From assembly GCA_964410675.1 (NCBI GenBank), contig CAYPIB010000001.1:14454-78453 (forward strand): a DNA stretch of 64,000 bases, written 5' to 3'. Shown in pieces: positions 18,867-27,100 of this stretch. The notes beneath the pieces were generated by a model. That model did not search any database, was not told where the DNA came from, and was given only the letters and a program-made list of their open reading frames with translations. The stretch's first letter is position 1; each line of letters begins with the position of its first letter. This DNA comes from an uncultured Roseburia sp. Its GTDB lineage: Bacteria; Bacillota; Clostridia; Lachnospirales; Lachnospiraceae. Made by a program: the position numbers and the translations under genes.

Positions 18867-19829
18867 TTAAATTTCTTTTTCATTCTTTTTCTTAATCCAC
18901 TCCGTCGACACATCCATGGCGGCTCTGCATGCTCTTGTCTGATCAAGTGAATTGAGCATAACAAAATCATGAATAATAGCCTGAAAACGAAGTGCTGTAA
19001 CCGGAATACAGGCAAGACGCAGCTTTTCGGCAAATGCTTCGCCTTCATCTCTTAGTACATCTGCCTCACCATTCAAAACCATCGCCTCCGGAAGATTTTG
19101 AAGCTGCTCGATACCGGCGCGCAGCGGAGAAGCTGTAATTTGGCATCTATCCCTATTTGAAGTTGTATATTGATTCCAAAACCAAATCATTCCATCACGA
19201 TATAAATAATAATCTGATGCAAATTTACAATAGGACTCAGTATTAAAGCACGCATTTGTCACTGGGTAATATAGCAGCTGCTTATGAATCTTTGGTCCAT
19301 TTCTATATTTGGAGAGTAGTGCCATTGCAATTGTCATGTTTCCACCTACACTGTCTCCCGCTACTGTCAGCGTTCTGCAATTCATCTTTTTGCCCATGTG
19401 CAGCAATATTTCCTCCAACTTGCAAAGCACACTATAACACTGCTCTATTGCAGCCGGATACCGTGCTTCCGGAGAACGACTGTATTCCGGAAATACAACA
19501 ATACAACCTGTTCTTGCCGCTAACTCTCTGACTAGCTTTTCATGCGTGTGAAAGCTTCCAAACACCCAGCCTGCACCATGAATATAAAAAATCACATTTT
19601 CTGTACATCTGCCCTCCGGCTTTACTACATAAAGGGGAATTTTTCCCCAGTCTCCAGTCTGAAACATCATCGTATCTATTTGAGCCGGATATTTAAATAC
19701 AGGAGAATCCTGTGCCCTTTCCAGTATCTCACGCCCTTCTTCCGGCGGCAGCTGATATATCCGTGGTGGAATTGCACTTTGATTACAAACTTCTACTGCT
19801 TCCGGCTCTAATATTACCCTTCGCCTCAT
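18867..19829 (-). CDS. Alpha/beta hydrolase, hormone-sensitive-lipase-type esterase
   Basis: Oxyanion-hole block HGAGWVFG, nucleophile elbow GDSVGGN, and a C-terminal His region IIHDF. Confidence 0.88.
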   Translation of the reverse strand: MRRRVILEPEAVEVCNQSAIPPRIYQLPPEEGREILERAQDSPVFKYPAQIDTMMFQTGDWGKIPLYVVKPEGRCTENVIFYIHGAGWVFGSFHTHEKLVRELAARTGCIVVFPEYSRSPEARYPAAIEQCYSVLCKLEEILLHMGKKMNCRTLTVAGDSVGGNMTIAMALLSKYRNGPKIHKQLLYYPVTNACFNTESYCKFASDYYLYRDGMIWFWNQYTTSNRDRCQITASPLRAGIEQLQNLPEAMVLNGEADVLRDEGEAFAEKLRLACIPVTALRFQAIIHDFVMLNSLDQTRACRAAMDVSTEWIKKKNEKEI

Positions 19830-19884
19830 AAATAAACCTCAATAATTTTCTATTATTTATACAATATATTGACTATAGGTCCAA

Positions 19885-20496
19885 TTATATGATAGAAAAT
19901 ATTGAAACGACTGCCGAAAACATATTTGCTATGCCATGTATGGTCCAACTGGGTAAAATTGACCCATTGGCTTTTTGCTCGTTCGCATATCCGATACACC
20001 ACCCTATTGCTCCTGTAAATACAAGGACAAGAAATGCTTTGAAAGTACCCACAAGTGAAATAAACATAACCCCGTGCAACAGACCAAACAAAAGACTTTG
20101 TATGATATTAGCCGCACTAAAACCAAACTTGTTTGATAAACGCTTCAGCAGAAAACCTCTGAATAAGATTTCTTCTGAAAGTGCCGTATTAAAAAAAGCA
20201 TAAACAAAAGCAGCCGGTAACGCTCGAACTCCCATTCCTGAAAACTCTGACGTTGCTGTTTCCACACCTTTTAACATTGAAAGTATGAATACCGAAACAC
20301 CCATAAAACCAGCTACAACAATAATTACAAAATACCATATCTTTTTATCCCATTTCCCAAACTTTTTTAACCCTATCCACTGAAAAAAGGATATGCTTCT
20401 TCGTGCCATAAAAAACCACCATATAAAAGGAACAATAGAGAAAATTATAATTTGAATGGCACCACTAAGTAACTTATTGACAAATAAACTTAACAT
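19885..20496 (-). CDS. CPBP (CAAX/Abi) family intramembrane metalloprotease
   Basis: SEEILFRGFLL motif, later LLHG and a HG motif, and multiple TM segments. Confidence 0.85.
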   Translation of the reverse strand: MLSLFVNKLLSGAIQIIIFSIVPFIWWFFMARRSISFFQWIGLKKFGKWDKKIWYFVIIVVAGFMGVSVFILSMLKGVETATSEFSGMGVRALPAAFVYAFFNTALSEEILFRGFLLKRLSNKFGFSAANIIQSLLFGLLHGVMFISLVGTFKAFLVLVFTGAIGWCIGYANEQKANGSILPSWTIHGIANMFSAVVSIFSII

Positions 20497-20563
20497 AATA
20501 TTTTTCCTTTCAAATACTCAAGAACTAGATGCATGCCACCCAGAAATGAGTTTTCCAATAAAT

Positions 20564-20884
20564 CTATTCAAGAATAAGTGTTGCAAAAAGAGCGATTGCC
20601 CCAAGTGCCATAAATATCAGTGAAACCCCTGCCCGCTTTTTACGGGATGCCATTTGGGCTAGTTCTTCTTCGTTTATTGTAATTGGATATTTTCTCCTGC
20701 CAATGAGATATAATATGAGTCCTCCGCTGCTGTTATTTCCGCTTAGTGAAAACAGACCCCATAATTTTGGATGCTTTAGTCCTCTGCACTTAGCATCAAG
20801 CTCTGTTAATTTATAAATTTGATATGCTAGTGTAATCATCCCTAATAACATAATAAATACTATTATAATAAAATACCACTTCAT
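20564..20884 (-). CDS. Small two-TM membrane protein, PLDc_N-like
   Basis: PKLWGLFSL..GGLILYLIGRRK resembles the PLD-nuclease N-terminal membrane domain. It lies between the XRE regulator and the CPBP gene. Confidence 0.5.
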   Translation of the reverse strand: MKWYFIIIVFIMLLGMITLAYQIYKLTELDAKCRGLKHPKLWGLFSLSGNNSSGGLILYLIGRRKYPITINEEELAQMASRKKRAGVSLIFMALGAIALFATLILE

Positions 20885-20895
20885 AATATATCCTC

Positions 20896-21303
20896 CTAAA
20901 TTTTGCGTATTATCTGATAGAATAGTAAGGTTGTGCTAATCACTCCGATTGTAACACTACCTATCATTAAATAATGATTGCCAGCTATTAAGCCGTTGAA
21001 AAAAATGAAAAGAATTAATAGCATTACATTCAAGGCAATCGCTGATAAGAGTTTTTTATTGCTGCTTACAATATTGGTGCTTTCATCCAAATGTTTTATC
21101 ATCTCATTATCTCCTTTCAACAGTTTATCCAAGCTAATATGATAGAGTTCACTTAACTTTATCACGTTGACTATATCCGGAAAAGATTTCTCATTTTCCC
21201 AATTTGAAATCGTCTGTCTTGATACTTGTATTTCTTCTGAAACCTGCTCTTGGGTTAATCCCACATTTGCTCTTGCTGCTTTAAGCTTTTTCCCAATTTC
21301 CAT
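20896..21303 (-). CDS. XRE-family HTH regulator with a C-terminal membrane anchor
   Basis: MEIGKKLKAARANVGLTQEQVSEEIQVSRQTISNWENEKSFP, followed by two hydrophobic helices. The ATG at 21303 follows AAGGAGGAA. Confidence 0.88.
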   Translation of the reverse strand: MEIGKKLKAARANVGLTQEQVSEEIQVSRQTISNWENEKSFPDIVNVIKLSELYHISLDKLLKGDNEMIKHLDESTNIVSSNKKLLSAIALNVMLLILFIFFNGLIAGNHYLMIGSVTIGVISTTLLFYQIIRKI

Positions 21304-21490
21304 TTTGTTCCTCCTTGATTCCATCCTGCCATAGGTAGATATTTAAGTCTATCAAACTTCTTTTACAATACGCATTTTTACGTGTCAAAATTCTTTTGCA
21401 ATACAATATTATTCTAGCAATTTGCTTATTTTTACAAGTATAGCAAAAGAAACACCTCATATCAATTTTTAGTTCCTGGGGCACACTGAC

Positions 21491-21542
21491 GAGAAAAAAA
21501 TGAAAATCAGAGAGTCCCGGACTTTACAGCCCGGAACTCTCC
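21491..21542 (-). terminator. Hairpin plus T-run after the FGGY kinase gene
   Basis: GAGAGTCCCGGACT .. AGCCCGGAACTCTC is an imperfect stem. On the minus strand a T-rich tract follows it. Confidence 0.55.
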
Positions 21543-21585
21543 TCACCCATTAGCACACTAATATATAGAGAATCTCTATACCAAT

Positions 21586-23049
21586 TTAATTACAATATAA
21601 ATCCTTAATGGCAGGATATAACATTGTATATTTCAAATATTTCTCATCATATTTACGGACGAAGTTTTCATCCGGTAATATGCTTTCCTTTTGCTTTATA
21701 ATATTTTTGGCCGCTGTCTCTACATCTTTATATTCACCGCAGCCAACTGCTGCCAAGATAGCTCCGCCTAATGCTGGGCCTTCATCATTTTCCACTACAT
21801 TTACTTCTACATTTAGGACATTTGCAATGATTTTCTTCCAGAGTGAACTTTTAGCACCCCCACCACAAATATTGGTTTTTTTAATATTGATTCCCAATGC
21901 TTTGGATACCTCAAGCGAATCTCTTAATCCAAATGCAACCCCCTCTAGTACTGCCTGCGTCATATTTTCTCTTGTCGTATCCATACTCATTCCGCTAAAC
22001 ATTGCTCTTACATCAGGATTATTGTGCGGAGAACGTTCTCCCATCAGATATGGTAAGAAAAATACATTATTTTCACCAAGCTCTACAATATCTTTTTGCT
22101 CTGATTCATAATTTTTTGTCCTTATAATATCATTCATCCACCATTTATTACATGAGGCTGCACTCAGCATACATCCCATAAGATGATACTTTCCATCGGC
22201 ATGGGCAAATGAATGCAGCCCATAATTATGATCGACACTGAATTTATGATTTGTAATAAAAATTGTCCCTGATGTTCCCAAGGATATATTACACTTATGA
22301 TTGCCAACAGTACCAGTACCAACTGCTGCCGCTGCATTGTCACCGGCACCTGCCACAACACTTATTTGCCCCTGTAATCCTAATTCACTCATAATTTCGT
22401 CTTTCACTTGACCAACGATTTGATAACTCTCATGTAATTGGGGGAGCATCTCTTCTTTTATATTACATATAGTAAGCATTTCCTTTGACCAGCATTTATG
22501 CTTAACATCCATTAACAGCATTCCTGAGGCATCGGAATAATCTGTTGAAAAGGCTCCTGACAATCTATAAACTAAATAGTCCTTTGGCAGCATGATTTTG
22601 TTTATTCCAGCAAAATTTTTTGGCTCATTTTTTTGTAACCATAGTATTTTAGGAGCCGTAAAGCCAGCAAATGCTATATTAGCAGTATAGGAAGTTATCT
22701 TTTCTCTGCCAATTTCATTATTTAAATAATCGGTTTCGGCAGCAGTTCTTCCGTCGTTCCATAAAATCGCAGGACGGATTACTTGATCGTCTTGATCTAA
22801 TATAACAAGGCCATGCATTTGTCCGCCAATACCGATTCCGGCAATCTGGGTTTTATCATACTCCCCTACTAACTCCTTGATACCCTCAATACTTTTTTCA
22901 TACCAATCGTTAGGATTTTGCTCTGACCAGCCCGGTTTTGGAAAATATAACTTATATTCTTTAGAAACTTTATTTAAAATTTGACCATCTTTATCCATTA
23001 ATAAAAGTTTGACTGCCGAAGTTCCCAAATCAATACCAATATAAAGCAT
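21586..23049 (-). CDS. FGGY-family carbohydrate kinase, xylulokinase-like
   Basis: MLYIGIDLGTSAVKLLLMD, GGQMHGLV, and C-terminal GGGAKS. It resembles XylB, but substrate assignment is uncertain in this context. Confidence 0.88.
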   Translation of the reverse strand: MLYIGIDLGTSAVKLLLMDKDGQILNKVSKEYKLYFPKPGWSEQNPNDWYEKSIEGIKELVGEYDKTQIAGIGIGGQMHGLVILDQDDQVIRPAILWNDGRTAAETDYLNNEIGREKITSYTANIAFAGFTAPKILWLQKNEPKNFAGINKIMLPKDYLVYRLSGAFSTDYSDASGMLLMDVKHKCWSKEMLTICNIKEEMLPQLHESYQIVGQVKDEIMSELGLQGQISVVAGAGDNAAAAVGTGTVGNHKCNISLGTSGTIFITNHKFSVDHNYGLHSFAHADGKYHLMGCMLSAASCNKWWMNDIIRTKNYESEQKDIVELGENNVFFLPYLMGERSPHNNPDVRAMFSGMSMDTTRENMTQAVLEGVAFGLRDSLEVSKALGINIKKTNICGGGAKSSLWKKIIANVLNVEVNVVENDEGPALGGAILAAVGCGEYKDVETAAKNIIKQKESILPDENFVRKYDEKYLKYTMLYPAIKDLYCN

Positions 23050-23060
23050 AAGCTTTCCTC

Positions 23061-24536
23061 CTAATTAAATGGATTTTCAGTTAAGTACATCATACCCTTT
23101 GGCTGATTAAAGTTTATCTCATCCGGTATTACTCCAATATATTTAAATACTTCATATAAAATTTTCCCATGATGCCCAAATGCAACTGCCCCATGATGCG
23201 GATAATTCTTTTCTATTAATACATGTCGATAAAACCTTCCCATATCCGGAATTGCAAAGATACCGATTGCGCCAAACGATCTTGTTGCTACCGGAAGAAC
23301 TTCACCCTGTGCAATATATGCTCTCAGCTTTGCATCTGCTGTGCTTTGTAGTCTAAAGAAAGTTATTTCCCCCGGTATGATATCTCCTTCTAATGTTCCG
23401 TTCGTTACTTCCTCCGGCAGACTTCTTGCCATGATTTTTTGATTCCGCATTTCACAAGATGATAATTTAGTGGACGGTGTATTTCCACAATGGAATCCCA
23501 TAAAGGTATCTTTATGTGTGTAGTTAAATTTGTCTTTTATTTCCTCTTCGTATATATCCTTTGGCACTGAATTGTTAATATCCAATAACGTAACAGCATC
23601 CTCACTTATAACCGTACCGATAAATTCACTTAAAGCACCGTAAATATCAACCTCACATGACACCGGTATTCCCATTTTAGTAAGACGGCTATTAACATAA
23701 CAAGGAACAAAACCAAATTGGGTTTGAAAAGCCGGCCAGCATTTTCCTGCTATGGCAACAAAATCCCTGCTGCCCTGATGATCCTTCACCCAATCAAGAA
23801 GTGTTATTTCATATTGTGCTAATTTATTCAGAATCCCCGGTTTTTTATTGCCTGCACCTAACTCCTCTGCCATATCTTTTGCAACTTTTTCTATTCTTTT
23901 ATCGCCTTCATGATTTTTAAAAGATTCTAATAAATCTAATTCAGAGTTTTCTTCAATCTCAACACCTAAATTATATAACTGCTTAATCGGAGCATTGCAG
24001 GCTAAGAAATCTTGCGGACGCGGACCAAAGCTTATTATTTTAAGATTTCTCAGACCGATAATAGTTCTCGCGATACTTGTAAACTCCCAAATCATCTCGG
24101 CGCATTCTGCTGCTGTCCCAACCGGATATTCAGGTATATACGCTTTAAGATTACGAAGCTTTAAATTATAGCTGGCATTCAGCATACCACAGTAAGCGTC
24201 GCCCCTGTCATCCAGCAGCTTATCACCGGCCTCTTCTGCTGCCGCAATTACCATTGCCGGTCCATCAAATTCCTTTATTAATAAAGTTTCTGCGGATTCC
24301 GGTCCAAAGTTGCCCAGATATACTACTAAAGCATTACACTGCGCCTCCTTTATATCAGCAAGCGCCCTTCTCATATCCAATTCATTTTCAATGCAAATCG
24401 GGCATTTATAAATTTCCCCATATTTCTCTGTATAAGCTTGTACAACAGCATCTCTCCTATTTTCTGATAAGCTCATTGGAAAGCAGTCACGGCTGACTGC
24501 TACAATCGCTGTTTTTGCTTTTGGCATATTTTTCAT
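23061..24536 (-). CDS. L-fucose/L-arabinose isomerase-family protein
   Basis: About 490 aa. The pattern KTAIVAVSRDCFP..ALVVYLGNFGPE and the C-terminal sugar-isomerase-like region resemble COG2407-type isomerases. This is recognition by eye only. Confidence 0.65.
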   Translation of the reverse strand: MKNMPKAKTAIVAVSRDCFPMSLSENRRDAVVQAYTEKYGEIYKCPICIENELDMRRALADIKEAQCNALVVYLGNFGPESAETLLIKEFDGPAMVIAAAEEAGDKLLDDRGDAYCGMLNASYNLKLRNLKAYIPEYPVGTAAECAEMIWEFTSIARTIIGLRNLKIISFGPRPQDFLACNAPIKQLYNLGVEIEENSELDLLESFKNHEGDKRIEKVAKDMAEELGAGNKKPGILNKLAQYEITLLDWVKDHQGSRDFVAIAGKCWPAFQTQFGFVPCYVNSRLTKMGIPVSCEVDIYGALSEFIGTVISEDAVTLLDINNSVPKDIYEEEIKDKFNYTHKDTFMGFHCGNTPSTKLSSCEMRNQKIMARSLPEEVTNGTLEGDIIPGEITFFRLQSTADAKLRAYIAQGEVLPVATRSFGAIGIFAIPDMGRFYRHVLIEKNYPHHGAVAFGHHGKILYEVFKYIGVIPDEINFNQPKGMMYLTENPFN

Positions 24537-24540
24537 ATCA

Positions 24541-25497
24541 TTACCTCACATTTTTTATATTTAGTTTATTTACTATTTTATAATAGATTCCATCTGCATC
24601 CAGACCATATTTTTTCAAAAGTTCTTTTGCTGAACCTGATTCTCCATAAACATCCTCCATACCAATTTTGTGTACAGATACCGGATATTTTTCAGATAAT
24701 ACCTCACATACAGCACTTCCTAATCCTCCTATAACAGAATGCTCTTCAACTGTAAATATCTGTTTTGTTTCTTTGGCCGCCCTTACAATAACGGCCTCAT
24801 CGATTGGTTTGATTGTATGTATATTAATGACTCTTGCCTCTATCCCCAGCCCCGCTAACCTTTGTGCAGCTTCCAGTGAAAATGCGGCTTCTAAACCGGT
24901 TGCAATAATTGTAAGATCATTTCCCTCTCTTAATGTCACACCCTTGCCTAATTCAAAATGATAGCCGGTATTGTCATTTATGATTGGAGCCGCCATTCTG
25001 CTAAACCTCATATAAACAGGTCCTTTGTAATAATAAGCCGCTTCAACTGCTGCTTTTGCCTCTATATCATCAGAAGGATTTATGATAACCATCCCCGGTA
25101 TTGTTCTCATTAACGCAATATCTTCGTTGCACTGATGAGACGCGCCATCCTCTCCTACTGTTATTCCCCCATGAGTTGCTCCGATTTTTACATTAAGCTT
25201 CGGATAACCAATACTATTTCTTACTTGTTCAAATGCCCTTCCGGCGGCAAACATTGCAAAGGTACTTGCAAAGGGTATCCTTCCTGTTGCTGCAAGCCCT
25301 GCCGCAATCCCCATCATGTTACACTCTGCAATGCCGCAGTCAACATGTCTCTTAGGAAACTTTGCTTTAAATATGCTTGTCTTGGTCGCCATTGCTAAAT
25401 CGGCATCCAACACAATTAAATTATTATTACTTTTACCTAAATCAACTAAAGCATTACCATAGCTATCCCTTGTTGCTATTTTTTTTACATCTGACAA
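24541..25497 (-). CDS. Transketolase, C-terminal (pyrimidine-binding) subunit
   Basis: TRDSYGNALVDLG, DADLAMATKT, GIAECNMMGIAAGLA, HQCNEDIALMR. Overlaps the upstream subunit gene by 13 nt. Confidence 0.92.
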   Translation of the reverse strand: MSDVKKIATRDSYGNALVDLGKSNNNLIVLDADLAMATKTSIFKAKFPKRHVDCGIAECNMMGIAAGLAATGRIPFASTFAMFAAGRAFEQVRNSIGYPKLNVKIGATHGGITVGEDGASHQCNEDIALMRTIPGMVIINPSDDIEAKAAVEAAYYYKGPVYMRFSRMAAPIINDNTGYHFELGKGVTLREGNDLTIIATGLEAAFSLEAAQRLAGLGIEARVINIHTIKPIDEAVIVRAAKETKQIFTVEEHSVIGGLGSAVCEVLSEKYPVSVHKIGMEDVYGESGSAKELLKKYGLDADGIYYKIVNKLNIKNVR

Positions 25498-26948
25498 AGT
25501 AATTCACCTTCTTTCCTAAGCTCATTCATTGCTATTTCATATTCGTTATCATTAGGTGCCTTACCATGCCAATTTACATTGTTTTCCATAAAAGAAATTC
25601 CTTTTCCTTTTACTGTACCGGCAATAATTGCTGTTGGTTTATCTTTTATATTCCTGGCTTCTAAAAATGCTTCTTTTAATTGTTTAAAATCATGACCATT
25701 TACGTTAATTACATGAAAATTAAATGCTTTGAATTTATCAGAAATCGGATAGGGTGAACATATCTCTCCTATTTCACCATCTATCTGCAAATTATTGTTA
25801 TCTACAATGACGACAAGATTATCTAATTTCCTTGCACCGGCAAACATTGCCGCTTCCCACACCTGTCCCTCTTGCAGCTCTCCGTCTCCTAACAATGTAT
25901 AGACCCGGTAAACTGAGTTTGTCAGCTTTGCTGACAGCGCCATCCCTACCGCTGCTGAAATTCCTTGTCCCAGCGAACCACTGCTCATATCGACTCCCGG
26001 TATATGTTTCATATCCGGATGCCCTTGTAAATAAGAGCCTAATTGCCTTAAGGTTTTTAAATCCTCTATCGGAAAAAAACCACGGTATGCCAATGTTGAA
26101 TAGTATCCCGGTGCTGTATGCCCCTTTGATAATACAAATCTATCCCGATTACTAAAATCATTATTTTGGGGATTTATGTTCATCTCATCAAAATATAAAC
26201 ATGTAAATATATCTGCCGCAGACAATGAGCCGCCGGGATGACCAGACTTTGCATAATAAATGGAAGTTATAATTCCCTGTCTAATTTTATTCGCCATTGT
26301 TTGAAGTTCCACTTCGTTTAGTATGCACATAACTTCTGCCGTGACATTTTCCCCTTTTAATCCGCAAAAACTATTTTTAATATTTACGTCTTTATGTGAC
26401 AAAAGCCATTTATTTTTAGCAAACAGCATTTTCTCATCTAACTTATCCGGTTTTTCAATATGGTAATCCGTATTTGTTCCCTTTGGTAATATTACAATAC
26501 ATTTAAATCCCTTATCTTCTGCATTACAAGGAGCATAATGAAGTGTTGTTGAATATAGTTCAACACCAACTCCTTTCGGTATTAAAAAGGCTTCCACGTT
26601 TGAAGTCGCATAGGTTCCGTCTTCTTCTATATCCTGTCTCAGCCCCAGTATTAGTATCATATCAGTTACTGCAATATTGACTTCTGAGGACATATGATAT
26701 TCTAAAGCGTTTAACTTTTTATTTGTTCCAAGGCAATACCCTGCTTGTATCGGCAGACCGCCAAATACACCTTTTTCTAATTCCTTAGCTTCATCTAACT
26801 CTTCTAAGCTGTCTATGGACGGCACATATATGACATCATTAACATTTGTTGCATGTGTCATCTCCTTGATTAAACTTTCGAAATGATATTTCTTTAGTAT
26901 TCTTCCATATTTAACAAAATTCTCACTATTAATTTCATTAATAATCAT
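25485..26948 (-). CDS. Fusion protein: ~215-aa N-terminal DUF4867-like domain plus the transketolase N-terminal (TPP-binding) subunit
   Basis: From about aa 218, ANKIRQGIITSIYYAKSGHPGGSLSAADIF, LSKGHTAPGYY and LLGDGELQEGQVWEA match the split-transketolase N subunit. The preceding 215 aa (ENFVKYGRILKKYHFESLI...) are unrelated to it. The frame is continuous. The ATG at 26948 follows GGAGG. The track ORF starts at 26960. Confidence 0.85.
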   Translation of the reverse strand: MIINEINSENFVKYGRILKKYHFESLIKEMTHATNVNDVIYVPSIDSLEELDEAKELEKGVFGGLPIQAGYCLGTNKKLNALEYHMSSEVNIAVTDMILILGLRQDIEEDGTYATSNVEAFLIPKGVGVELYSTTLHYAPCNAEDKGFKCIVILPKGTNTDYHIEKPDKLDEKMLFAKNKWLLSHKDVNIKNSFCGLKGENVTAEVMCILNEVELQTMANKIRQGIITSIYYAKSGHPGGSLSAADIFTCLYFDEMNINPQNNDFSNRDRFVLSKGHTAPGYYSTLAYRGFFPIEDLKTLRQLGSYLQGHPDMKHIPGVDMSSGSLGQGISAAVGMALSAKLTNSVYRVYTLLGDGELQEGQVWEAAMFAGARKLDNLVVIVDNNNLQIDGEIGEICSPYPISDKFKAFNFHVINVNGHDFKQLKEAFLEARNIKDKPTAIIAGTVKGKGISFMENNVNWHGKAPNDNEYEIAMNELRKEGELLCQM

Positions 26949-27017
26949 ATTTTCCTCCATTAAATACTATAATCTTTACTTAAAGAATATCAATTTTTCA
27001 CTACTTTTTCTCGTCAG

Positions 27018-27047
27018 ATATTGCTATTTATTTATGAAATATTGCTA
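27018..27047. promoter_or_regulatory. Pair of direct repeats ATATTGCTA-N12-ATATTGCTA upstream of the transketolase operon (putative AraC-type operator)
   Basis: Exact 9-mers at 27018-27026 and 27039-27047, with 21-bp start-to-start spacing. The same motif pair recurs at 29341-29370. Confidence 0.6.
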
Positions 27048-27053
27048 ACATTA

Positions 27054-27092
27054 TAAAAAAGAAAAGTCCTTGCAATATCACAAAGACTTTTC
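27054..27092 (-). terminator. Rho-independent terminator after the GH3 gene
   Basis: GAAAAGTCCTTG .. CAAAGACTTTTC stem, followed on the minus strand by a T-run (plus-strand AAAAAA at 27055-27060). Confidence 0.7.
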
Positions 27093-27100
27093 TTTAACTA

